Shown here one piece after another: positions 36,924 through 48,994 of a stretch of DNA of 64,000 nt. A program made the position numbers and the translations under genes. Position 1 is the stretch's first letter, and each line of letters starts with the position of its first letter. Where the stretch lies: positions 434,001 to 498,000 of the forward strand of contig NW_027272307.1 in assembly GCF_040938485.1 (NCBI RefSeq), in the 5' to 3' direction. The notes under the pieces are model-generated. The model made no database searches and had not been told where the DNA came from. It was given only the letters and a program-made list of their open reading frames with translations. This stretch comes from Diadema antillarum (Eukaryota).

Positions 36924-37438
36924 TAATTTTATTGAGTATTGGGTGTTTGACTCGTGTTTAAAAGTAGTGATTGCAAATACATGCCTCTATTTTACCAGAT
37001 CTATTTAGCACATATCATCATGGACACTACCGTTATACTATATACTATATACGTACAATTTATTATAACGGAAGACGTTTGGTTTAGTGTGAATGATACC
37101 ATTAGAAGGGAATTACAATTTCTTTAATATTGTAATTGCATGCTGTTTTAAGATAATGATTGCAAAATATGCACAATTTCACCATTTCTAATTGGCAAAT
37201 ATCACTTTTCACCCTTTCTGACTACCGCTAATTGGCAAATATTCTACATTATAACTATTGTTTATACTACTTGATATAGTGGTACACATTCGGTTTTGGT
37301 AGGAACTGCATTATTTGACGTGACGAATATTGTGTAATTGTTTGCTGTGGAACATTAGCTTTTCAATAGTTGCAGTAGGTACAAGTAAAAGTGTGCACAA
37401 AACAAAATCAATTCGAAGATTAAGAAACGTAACTTTAA

Positions 37439-37986
37439 AGAGGATGTCCAGTCCAAAAATAAGTTAGCCTGATAAAAAAGAGTAAAATCTTACAATAAAA
37501 ATTTGACTGAAATCGGATGAAAATTAAGGAAGTTATGAAATTTTGAAGTTTTGCTAATTTCTGCAAAACAGTTCTTGTGCAGTGGATATTAATATGCAAA
37601 TGAGTGGGCTGACATGTCATAACCTCACAATTTTCCATTAAACGTGTACAAAAAAAAATGACAAAAATTCAGTGTTTCTGTCACTGAGGTCTGAAAGTGA
37701 TCAGTTATGTATCAGGATTTGAGCCTCGGGCATAATTACATTTGAATGAAAAACTGGAAATTTCAAAACTTTATTAAACTATATGGCAAGTTTAGAGGGG
37801 ATGACATGCTCGCTTTGCCATTTGCATATTCGTACTGACTTTTCTGTTTCCTCAAAAATTAGCGAAATTTCAAAATGTCATAACTTTCTTATTTTGCATC
37901 CAGTTTAGATTAAAATTGTACCACTGGACTCGTAATATTTTACTTTTTCTTATCAGACCCACTTATATTTGGACTGGATTTCCCCT
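37439..37986. mobile_element. Kolobok/T2-like MITE with TTAA TSD
   Basis: TTAA-AGAGGATGTCCAGTCCAAAAATAAG ... CTTATATTTGGACTGGATTTCCCCT-TTAA with long imperfect arms. The empty site is present in copy A at 34832-34835. Confidence 0.9.
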
Positions 37987-38204
37987 TTAATAGTTTTCGT
38001 GGTAAATTACGCAATATATTCCAGGGCGTAACCTTGATAAAGTTGCCTAAAACTAAAAATTAACAGTCGCCTTCATCGTGTCAGTTGGATTGTTCGCTCC
38101 TCTGCGAAATATTTGTTAAATCGTTCTTTTTCAGACCATTTTGGTTCTCTTCCAAGTTTTGTTGGCTTGTTTCTCTTTGGTTAAGTCAAGTGTGAGTGTA
38201 TGTC

Positions 38205-38207
<3 letters not shown>

Positions 38208-38260
<53 letters not shown>

Positions 38261-38262
38261 TG
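38208..38262. repeat. (TG)n microsatellite
   Basis: Direct reading. Confidence 0.95.
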
Positions 38263-39045
38263 GGAGGGAGGATGAAAGTCAGTTATTGATTCTAAATTGT
38301 CGTTTAACTCTAACCATTTAACGCATTTTAGCCCGATGCAACATGTGTGTTTGGTTTGACCTGGAGAAAATTATCAAAGATTATCACAAGCATAATGACA
38401 ATAAATTTCGACAAGGGCGCTTCGAAATGATTTCGAATTTACAGGGTTTGTCATGAAGACAAACCGCCGTGGCACATACGTATACCATTGCGAAGTTTGG
38501 TGTCACATGTATTAATAAATAGGACATGGGATTCAGTCCTGTGTTCAGTTAAAATTCTATTTATTTGAGTAATAGTTTATTGTCCATTCCTCCCCATTAC
38601 TCATTGCAATGTGAACTTCCATAGGCTTTCCTCAGTATTCGGGATAGGGATGGGGTTAATGATAACAATCATTGTGAGTTGTGTATCTCGGAAGAGGCCA
38701 TTTTCATGCTGTTCCGATGAATTTGCATAACGTCTTTTACATTTTCATAGATATTAATATGTTCCATATGAGCATACCATGTCATATCAACGTACCATTC
38801 AAAATAGCCCATTTAAGATCTACACGGTGGTGTTCAATGGTTGCATCGACAGACTATGGATGCCGTTTAAAAATACATATGTTCTAAAGTTCGAAACAAT
38901 TGTCGAATTATTATTATATTATATTACATTCACATTAATGTCACCCAATTCTGAGAACTTAATTAAAACGTATGTAAATATGACAATGGTATCATAAAAG
39001 AAGCTTTGACAGCCTTGATGAAAAGAGAAATATCAACGATAAAGT

Positions 39046-42000
39046 TTATTCAAATTGAAATTTGAGCCCTGAGTCAGCCATTTCCTTGTCGTAGAGTTCG
39101 TCATATCGGCGGTTCTGTTCATCTGTAAAATAATTCTTCCAGTCTCCGATGACGCCTGTAAAAAAAAAAGATAAACATGTATATCACAAGTAATTTACAA
39201 TTATCATTTAACTTTGAATATGTCATTTACAACAGAGGACAAATTTACAAACATCGTGCAACTCGCTATCACTATAGCAGTCGCATAAGATTATCGATAA
39301 ATATCAACTTTTTGTAGGGACACTGCTGCCGTTTCCCCTTCACAACACTGACGTTCCCAGTAGCAGCAACAAAAAACAAAATAAAACAAAACGAAAGACA
39401 AACACACAAACAAACAGATACTAAAACAGCAGTGCAACACGCTACTTGTTTCATCACCGTATGGTCACAAGATAGAAACGATAACACTACTACTGATATT
39501 TTTTCAAATGTTTTATTTTCCAATGTAATGATTCTCACCAAAGCAGGGTATCATTTCTACATATCTTTCAGTCTTCATGGCATGTATTTGTTAGTTATGG
39601 AATCCCACTCAGCATAACGAATAACAAAAACTGCATGTAATTTTCTTCTGGCACTAGCACTGTGCCCCAAATTGTTCCTATCTTGTTATTTATCTTTTAT
39701 TCCTTTTGACTTTCAGTGATATCCTTCATTCCTTATAATCATTTCTTTAAAAGCAGGATGATTTGTAACTACAATTGTATTTCTATTTTATGAAAACATG
39801 ATATTAACTAGATCACAACATTTTTAACAACTTGAACAATAACTTTAAACCAGAAAAGTGGGTTTTTTTAACAAAAAAAAATGTGAAGCTAAATACATCT
39901 GAAAAGATCTTACTCCCACAAGCTGGGATATGCGTCGACATGTGTTGTCTGATAAGGCACATCAATTAAAATGCACACTGGTATCTATATTCACGTTTTA
40001 GATGAAATGTCACACAACAGGTGCGATCGTTCACGGAGTATAAATCTGTTGCGTTACTTTATTCTACCTTTTATGCGAGGATACCAGCTTTAGTGAACTA
40101 GTTTAAATTGATTGCTAGTAGTCGGAAAGGTAAAGGTGTAATCTTATCTTCATGATGTAGGCGCACATGAAATTTCATTTTTCATTTCATTTCATTTCAT
40201 TTCATTTATTTCCACATTAAAAACAACAATCAATACATTTTCAAATCATAGTATAAACATATTCATTGTGGGGGACCAATTAAAGCCTTTCAGGCTTGTT
40301 GGGAATAGGCCCCAAAGTAAATACAAGCCTTGGCGAACTGAGAAAAAGATATTTTGTCTAAAAGTTTCGGAATCGTTACGTGTGTAGCCATACTACAGAC
40401 GGTGTACCTTTCCTCATGAATGACGATCCAATGTTGGTGCTACTTTCTCTCGTGGTCAGGCCAGCTGGAACGTAATACGAGTCAGGATTGGTACTCTTGC
40501 TCTTCTTCATCGCACTGAAGGTGGAGGCCTCAACGATACGGTCTATGACGTCATCAGAGAGGGACTTCCCCATGAAGCTTGCCACCTGTTCTACCGCCCC
40601 ACGATGATCCTGAAATTACAATTTGTAATGTAAATCGTAGCAATACTCCTGACATATACCAGAATATAAGCCCTCTGCGTCTAATTTCCTTCAATAAGGA
40701 ATTTGCTATATCAGAATGAATTATTTTTCTCACCTCATTCGATAAGGCCGTTTCTCAAGAAAGAGTGGAAAATGTTACGAACCACCTGCCTCATTGCCAG
40801 CACTTAGAAATGTTACGATGAGACATATCAACGAAATGATCAGTTGTCAATTTGGAGACCTCGCAGCACTCTTCTTCATCTTACTTTTTTTTTCTTGCTT
40901 GTTTAATATGTGATGTTAACTTACTTATTACATTATACTATAAAAGGATCCAATCAAAATGTACGTTGACCTCTGTTGATGCCTTTTGGTCTGTATTTAA
41001 CCAAATTACTAAATACTTCATGAAATATTATGCATCATATATATTTTTAACATTTTTCTTATTTTTTTCTGCACCTTGTTGTGCGCTACTTCTACAAAAA
41101 ATCTTCCAGATCATCTGTATTCTTATTCCACCTTTAATATCATCCTCCTGTAACACTTGAGCTGAACAATACATGCAAATTTGTCTTTTCATTCATTGCT
41201 ACACACAAAAAAATGCCAGAAATATTTGCATAGAAAAAAAAACATGTGATGCTGTTGTGAGAAGTGCTGGTAGTAATAGAAATGAAAGGTAAAAAGGTAA
41301 CTAAATAAAGCCATGCAAATACATGGGAACCATCAACGGTTATCCATGCTTGATTCACATATCATTGTATACTAAATGATTATAGTTGAAAGAATAAACG
41401 TCTTTTGCAATAAAATGATTAATTGTTTATATAAAGATATAGAATACATAAAATTGGAATTAAAGTATGTTAAAGGGCTGGTATGGTATTGGTGGAGATG
41501 AGAAATGGGCTTTTAACTTTTTGCGAGATATCAAGAAACCACTTATAAAATAGTACAGACGATACCATTCCAAGAGGAGTTCAAAGTTTATTTAATGAAA
41601 ATCGGTTTTGGAATGGCTGAGACATCTAAAAACAAAGTGGAACAAAGCGCTCGTAATAAAAGATGGGTCCCGCCTTTTATCAGGATTACTCTGTTTTGGA
41701 TATCTCAGCCATTTCAAAACCAATTTTCATCAAATAAACATTAAATTCCTCTTGGAAATTACATGTTATTTTACATTTCATAAAAGGTTTCTCATCATCT
41801 CACCAAAAAATGTTAGAAACCTGAAGTTAGGTCTCAACCAAAACTGTACGATCCCTTTAATTGAAGTGTAAAACTAACAAATTATGCTACTGGTCTGTGT
41901 TGTTTTCTTGCATTCAGAGTAATCACATCATACCTTCTTCATGTCTTCGTACTTGAGGAAGAGAACGTTGGGATGATTTCTTCTTCTCCACCAAGGCAGG

Positions 42001-45000
42001 ACGTTTTCAAACCATGATCCGACTGGCCCTGAATAACAACATTTACCATCAAATTGTTTGCAAAGATACTAATAGAAAAGATAGATAAATTACCTTCATT
42101 ATTTCTCATTTTGCTCCAAACTATTTAGATATTGCGAACTGCATACAGAATGTTCAGCCAAAGATTGAGAATTGCACTACTCAGTTATGTACAATGTTGC
42201 ACAAAATATTCATACTATAAATCAACACTGTAGATTCAATTCTATTCATATCAATCTTTCAATTTCCAATTTATAATACATTTAAATATAAAGCAATTAT
42301 ATATACTAAAGCATAGATATAAGACAGGGAAAGCAGAGAAGGAACCAAGTGAGATTATGAAAGAAAGGTATAAAAAGAACATAAGCTCAGTATCATAGTC
42401 ATGTGTCTGTACTTGGTAGGAAAATAATTGAATGTGCGTAAAAAGCATAACAGACTCTACTCATGATCTTACAGATATACTGAGATTACTCATGTTTGTA
42501 TAATTATAAGGAAGGTGTACTGTTGGTGTAGTTAACTATTTTTGTTGGAAAAGACACAGGAATAATTCATATTTAGATGACACACAACAACTCTATATCG
42601 GTCTTTTAAAGCTATCATGTCTTCACTGTATCCCCCGAATATGTGGCTTGTATCCTGTGACCATAACCTAAATGATGCTGATCTGAGATTTTGTGATTGG
42701 GTTGAAAGCACGTGTTAAGTAAGGTCGATTATCAATCATGTCATGTCGACATTGGTTTCAAATAATATACTTTATTAAAAACAGCTCGTAATGTAGGTGT
42801 ATATCAAAATTGACCAGGAAACGTCTTTTTCAAGTCATATAACTCAAGTTCAACGGAATGTTAGATATTAGTTGCAAATTTTTTTTTTCCAAATCCGCAG
42901 CTGAGATGCTAATCCATGCTTTGATTTTTTTCTCATTTTGATTTTTGAAATTCGCTGTCCAAAGAAAGATGTCCAAAACTTCAACAACTGCCAAATTATG
43001 CTGCCCGTTTTTGAACTTTTACTACAAATGTCTAATTCTATATCACTTACTCTCCATTTCTTAAGATTGGCTGCAAGTTAAAAAAATATTATTTCTATAA
43101 AGATTATGTTATGAGTAAGTCATCCAGTTCATTATCTCTCCCTCACATGCCCTTTTCTTGCCAATGACACATACCCGAACACAGTATTGAATATAAGAAA
43201 TACTCCTTTTCATATGCTGCAAGTATAATAACTATCCCATACGTCATTCATATTTTTTATTCAAACAGCCTCCGCATTGAAGACATTTAAGAGACGTATG
43301 CGACAACACCAACTTCTAATTTGATATCAAATTACACCCATGGCACTAGCTATAGGTAGGTAGATACCATAGTATCATTTTTTTATGCTTTTTTTGTAGT
43401 GCTTTAGCTCTAGAAATCCATCGTTAATCATTTATTAACTTTATCATGTCTATGTTCCCTTTCCTTTTGTGCACGTTGTTAAGTAAAAGACTTGCTTGTA
43501 GCAAGGAATTAGACAACCCTGATTTTAAAAAAGACAGAATAAATGGCTAAATGAATGAATTAATGAATTATGAACAAATATATAGATAGATTGATAAATG
43601 ATTTAATTCAGAAATTAATTGATTAATTCATAAGATAATTAATTAATTGATTAATGGATCTCATGGCTATAATTCTACACTTCCAGTTGGAATCATGTTT
43701 TGCAGTTCCGTTAGCATGCTACTGATTTCATGAGTGTATAATATTTATGTTTCTGTTGTACTAACCCCTAGACCTATACGTCTAACCTCTTCCAGCGATG
43801 AACAGCTCAAAGAATTCATCCCAAGACTCGTAGGACGGCATATACCGCAACGATTGACAGAAGTGGTAGAGAGATACCGCGGCGTCCTTTGGATTCCTTG
43901 CAACGTAGATGACTTTTACTTCGGGGTCGTCCGATCTGATATCCACGGGCAGCCAGTCGGGAAGACAGTGGGTCTTTAGAATCCGTGGGGATGGCATGTC
44001 TTTCGCATAGGCAGCCAGTGGCGGAGCTTTGCTGAGCTGAGGAAAAGTATAGTAAAAAGCTAATTGAATGAAAGTTTTTCAGTAATGAAAAACATTGGTT
44101 CACAGAGAAACAGTGGCATAAGAAATGTGAACGGGTAAATCAAATCTCAGAAAATAGTTGAGGAATTATTGGTTGATAATCATATCAGATCTACAAGCCA
44201 AGGCTCATACCTGTCAAAAAGGTTTCAGCAAATCTAAAGTGCGCAGATATATATCAATCAAAAGTGGTTCATATTCTTCGATGTTTTTCTTTTCGTTTTT
44301 TTCAATGAAAACATTTGAGATCTGCGTACTATTTTCTCAAAGTCTTCTAATAACTGTATGCATTTAATTCTCCTGTTTCTGTGATTTGTCACTTTCTGCT
44401 CAACGCGTTTGACTTTTAAGAAAATTCATGTGTATCTAGGGTCTGTTATCCAACAGATAAAAAAAAATCTAATAAAACTAATATGAAGACATTAAGAACG
44501 ATACTTACATCAGTAAAATTCGATACGTCGACTATATCCAGAAAGGGAACCATGAGCATTACATGTCTCCCTTCTAATTTTGCAACGTTTCCCTCGTTAA
44601 GAACGAGCAGCATTATCAGCTGCATCCACGTGGTACCTGGTGGAAAAAGATATATAAAGTGTTATATTAGAAAAGATTTGTTACACACACACATACCACA
44701 AAAATAAGAAAACAAAGAGATAGAGATATAGTACAAATCAAACAGTTATAGTGCTTTAATATACACAATTATAGTCTAAATAAGTTAAGCAGTGGTTTAT
44801 CCATGTTTGAAAGTTTGTTCGAAAATCAGGAAAACTAGAAATAGATGCGTCTCCTCGTTAGATTAATAACCAAGTATACACGTGTATTTCCACAAAATGA
44901 CACAATAACGCGCTCCTCCTGAACTGAGTTGACTGGGAATCTTCTCATAATCATGTTGAATTAGATTATGATTGCTACGCTGTGTTGTTTTAATAAAGGT

Positions 45001-45996
45001 GCTTGTTTATTGTGACGGTCGATTACGAAAGACATTATATCTGGAATACGACTTAAATTCCAAGCAAAACAATCACAGATGGGCTTTTTAATACACGTGT
45101 AGGTGCGTGCCTACTGTCAACTCCGGATCCAGAGGCAGAGGGGGAGCACCGGGTGCGCATCCCCTCTTTATTTGTTGTTAAAACAAAAGAAATAAAAAGG
45201 AAAAATGAGATGAAACCCGGAAGTATAGCACCAGAAATATTGTTTGCACCACCTCTTTACGAAACTCCTGATCCTCCCCTGTTACTGTGTATGCATTAAT
45301 AGAAGTAACAACAGAAATACAGGTCCACTGTATTTTGGTATCTGGTGAATATCAGCAGAGACGTACGTGTAGGCCTATACATCCCCTCCCCCTATGACTC
45401 ACCTGACTTCGGATAAGTTATGACAAATGTGTCGTCAGGTCGAACTTCGAAATTTTCCAAAGCCGCTAAGGCGCGAGGGGTCATGTGGTTAGGTACAACC
45501 ACACCTCGATATTCATAACATGTCTCCTTAACACCAGGAGGAACATCAGATGAAAAGATGGGCACACCATTCTCAGGAATTCTGTTTGCTGTGAATGATA
45601 ATAGCACAGAGCAAGATGCTTTAACAGAGTGCGTACTATTCACGTATAGGACTAACAACATTCAAATGCATCCTGTACCTGTGGTGCGACACGACCTAAA
45701 AAAATTATGTGATGTATGCTGTTTGGAAAATAGTTCCTGCTTAAACCACCACCACCACAACAACAACAACAACTTCTTGCAGCAATTTATGTATTAAGAT
45801 AAAGACAATTTTTTCCGTATTCTAGCACTGTCATGCGCTTGGCTGCTATAGAGAACTAGACATCTGCACAAACGATCATGTTAACTGATAGGACAACCAT
45901 CAGCAGACACCTTACCTTCACCACCTGGCCGTCGTTGTTATTTCATAATCAATATCAAATGCTATTGCATCTACCTGTGTTATGAGAGCACGCCAT
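39046..45996 (-). CDS. Cytosolic PAPS-dependent sulfotransferase (SULT1-like), 7 coding exons, 330 aa
   Basis: Exons: 45996-45975, 45588-45403, 44636-44509, 44036-43787, 42028-41934, 40609-40408 and 39155-39046 (993 nt, all GT/AG, frame-consistent). Motifs: TYPKSGTTW (5'-PSB), KTH (catalytic His), RNPKDAAVSLYHF (3'-PB), LFLKYEDMK and RKGVIGDWKNYFT. The 7-codon first exon is less certain. Confidence 0.93.
40168..40330 (-). mobile_element. LINE 3' tail fragment in sulfotransferase intron
   Basis: GGGGCC..ACAAGCC..GGCTT..GGTCCCCC hairpin, AATAAA and (ATGAA)n tail. Confidence 0.65.
41474..41856. mobile_element. Kolobok/T2-like MITE with TTAA TSD
   Basis: TTAA-AGGG ... CCCT-TTAA. Inner arms GTTTTGGAATGGCTGAGACATC / GATATCTCAGCCATTTCAAAAC. 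Confidence 0.85.
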
Positions 45997-48160
45997 GTTG
46001 AGGTAGTCTTGTTAGTCCACTCCAGGCCTGCCTTGCTGTAGTGCGGACTAGCAATATCCCACACGGAAATATAGTCGGTGAGGGCATGTACGGTATACCA
46101 GGGAGGTGGAAAGAGGGAGAGAGATCCCCCGAAGCTGTGGCAATACCGTACACAAACAGATTAGGCCTTACGTATATAATACACGGTATACACGCGCGAC
46201 ATAATGCAGGCCTACAGGAAGTGGGTCGATCAGCTGTCAGTTGACATCGAAACGACCTCGAGCATTATGCACCATGAGTTTGCGCGGTGCGCCAACCATT
46301 GATTGTAAACGGTTCCACTCATGTTTGCCAATTTCGTCGGGACTCTTGTTTTATTCCTTTTTCTTCGGGGGCACCAGCGGTTTGTCGACTCGCGATGAGT
46401 GGACTGTTGCGATCATACTTCAACGAATTTAGGCAAACATGAGGGGGGGGGGGGGGAGGGATAGAAGGGGACCTTACAGACGGTTTGGTTGTGGAAAGCG
46501 TTGTAAATTTATTTAGCACATGATCATGAGCTTACCAAAAAAGCCCTCCGAGCTAAAAAGAAGACGTTCTGCCATGTACTTGTACCTTTGAAAAATTAGA
46601 AGCGCAAGTTCAGTGATTAAAAGGTGATGTACCATTTTTTTCTTCTTCTTTTGTTACTGTTATGCTGGTTTTGCTAATGCTATTGTATTTTTTAGTCTTT
46701 TTGTTTGAATAGCACCAGTGCGCTTAGAAACAACCAGTATGAAGCNNNNNNNNNNNNNNNNNNNNNNNNNNNNNNNNNNNNNNNNNNNNNNNNNNNNNNN
46801 NNNNNNNNNNNNNNNNNNNNNNNNNNNNNNNNNNNNNNNNNNNNNNNNNNNNNNNNNNNNNNNNNNNNNNNNNNNNNNNNNNNNNNNNNNNNNNTCGCCT
46901 GCCCCTTCAAAAACTTCAGAATCGTATCAAGGATAATCAAGGACCAATGAACCACGCTTGCCTGTGAAATGGAGTTAGACATGAAGACACTGAGAGAAGT
47001 TCGAAATACAAAATCATAGAAATTTGTTCCATTATTGTTACGTTGATTTCTCTTAGCTTTTTGGACTCAATACAGCCTGAAAATACTCACAATATAAGTC
47101 TTCAGTTATTGGTTAAGTCTCAGGTTATTTCAAGTAAATCACAACAAAAAGGGCTTTCCGTCCCCATACAGCATTCTCTTTTAATACCCCCCCCCCTTTA
47201 ATCGGGAAAGATCGACTTTTCGGATATCCGGAGAATCTGTAGAAATGAAACATGTTTCATGCAACTTTTTCTATAGCACGAGTTATTCATTGACGCATAA
47301 GTTATCATATGAAAGAAGAACACATGGATGTTTGGGTTATGAACTTTTTCAAGAGCAGGTGGGTAAGAGTCTGACAAATCCACTCAAAGTCACCATTTGC
47401 GCGTGCAAATGAGAATTTGGTATACACCATACTGAACATTGTTCTAACTTAGTCATGGACGAATCATAAACATTGAGTTGTGCATCAAATTAAAGCAGAA
47501 AAGCATAAATTTTCCATTCATGTACATCTCACAAGGCAAATTTATGATTTGATCGTAAAAGTTGCAAGAAATTCGGTTTCATCTGGGACACGCTGTAGAT
47601 ATAATCTCCGGCAAACACGACGTGTGTGACGTTCCTATAGGTGTTACAATGAATATTTCCCACTTTTGATCCTTAATATTTAAAAAAATATATGTACATC
47701 AGATGACATTGTCATTAATATGGGAAATAGCCGATTAGTGTACAATTTAGTTGGAGGTGATTTCAACATTAGAGCACTATAAATCAGTTTCATTAAGGCT
47801 TCTGGTCTCGTGCTCCAAGGCTCCTAACTAACTTAAAACGTAACTTAAAATAAATCTTGAATTTAATGAAACTGATTTATGCTTTCATTTATCTTGAATT
47901 TAATGAAACTGATTTATACTTTCATTTTTTAATTACCTCCAACAAAACTGTACACTATTCAGCTATTGCTCTGTCAGTGTTATCTGATATAATAGTTGTG
48001 TTTTGTTTTAGTTTTTTGCTATTAAGGATCAAAAGTGGGATTTTTTTTGTAACACCTAGTATATTTTTACGATCAGCAGGAGCTGTTTTAAACATACACG
48101 CATTTGGTTGTAATTTGAGAGTGTAAATTAACATAATTTCCCCCTTCTTTCCGGTTACAG

Positions 48161-48186
48161 GAAATCAGACTAAATCCTAGAGTGAA
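48161..48186 (+). other. Possible 26-nt non-coding 5' UTR micro-exon of the MACPF gene
   Basis: Strong pyrimidine tract plus TTACAG| acceptor and |GTAAGC donor, ~800 bp upstream of the start-codon exon. Confidence 0.35.
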
Positions 48187-48994
48187 GTAAGCCTAAAATA
48201 CGATAATTCATTACTCCGATGTAGTATGCTTGTTTTTTTTTTTTTTCATTCTACATCTTCATTGCAGATCAGTTTACCCTTTTTTCAAATCTTTGTGAAT
48301 CTGTTATCAGTTATTCATTCAGCTATAGTGACCTATGTCGATCTCAATCTATTATCACATTAATTTGTTTATACTTGTCACTGGTTCATGCAGTGCCCCA
48401 ATACAGTTGAAGTAACACTTTCCTTCAAGGTAGCTAGTAATTCAAAACGATGCTCGACGCATTGAAATCACTTCAAAATTTATGATGGTAAACCTAACCA
48501 CTGCTGGTGGGCGGTGGCTCAAGCTGACTGCATAAGTGTTTATCTAACCGTTACTTTCCACTAATGTGGCCAGGCATTTCATTCAGATTCTATGTGCGTC
48601 GATAGTCGGCAGAAAGATTCGTGCTGCTTCAAACCAGTGCCCAGAGTTCGTGTATTGTTATAAGTGTCCACTCTTTGAAAGTAAGAGAAATTGATAATGT
48701 CATCTATTGCATAAAATCATTGCATTGCCCATGAAAACTTGGCAACTGTCATTTCAATATCAATACTTCCATCGCAGTTAGATTCCATGTCCATACGGCG
48801 ACAGTACCTGTGACGGGCTGGCTGTCGGTCGTACACTGCATCAGTAGGATCATTTTCTTCATATCATATCTGAACTGTATTCATGATATAAAAATCATAA
48901 ACTTATTCAAATGATATTCTTATTCTAATACCACCATCTCGTATTTCTGTCTTTGAATGTTTTTTTCTATGACTTCTTCCTTTTGAGATCAGCG

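Larger units (their letters stand above)
32861..37438 (+). repeat. Old tandem segmental duplication (copy A ~32861-34835, copy B ~35722-37438)
   Basis: Collinear similarity across a CACGAG-rich foldback, a Tc1-type MITE and an AT-rich block. A third partial copy of the AT-rich block lies at about 35150-35690. Confidence 0.85.

Noticed and set aside
47853-47926. Short direct duplication ATCTTGAATTTAATGAAACTGATTTAT
   Set aside because: A simple slippage-type duplication with no further structure.
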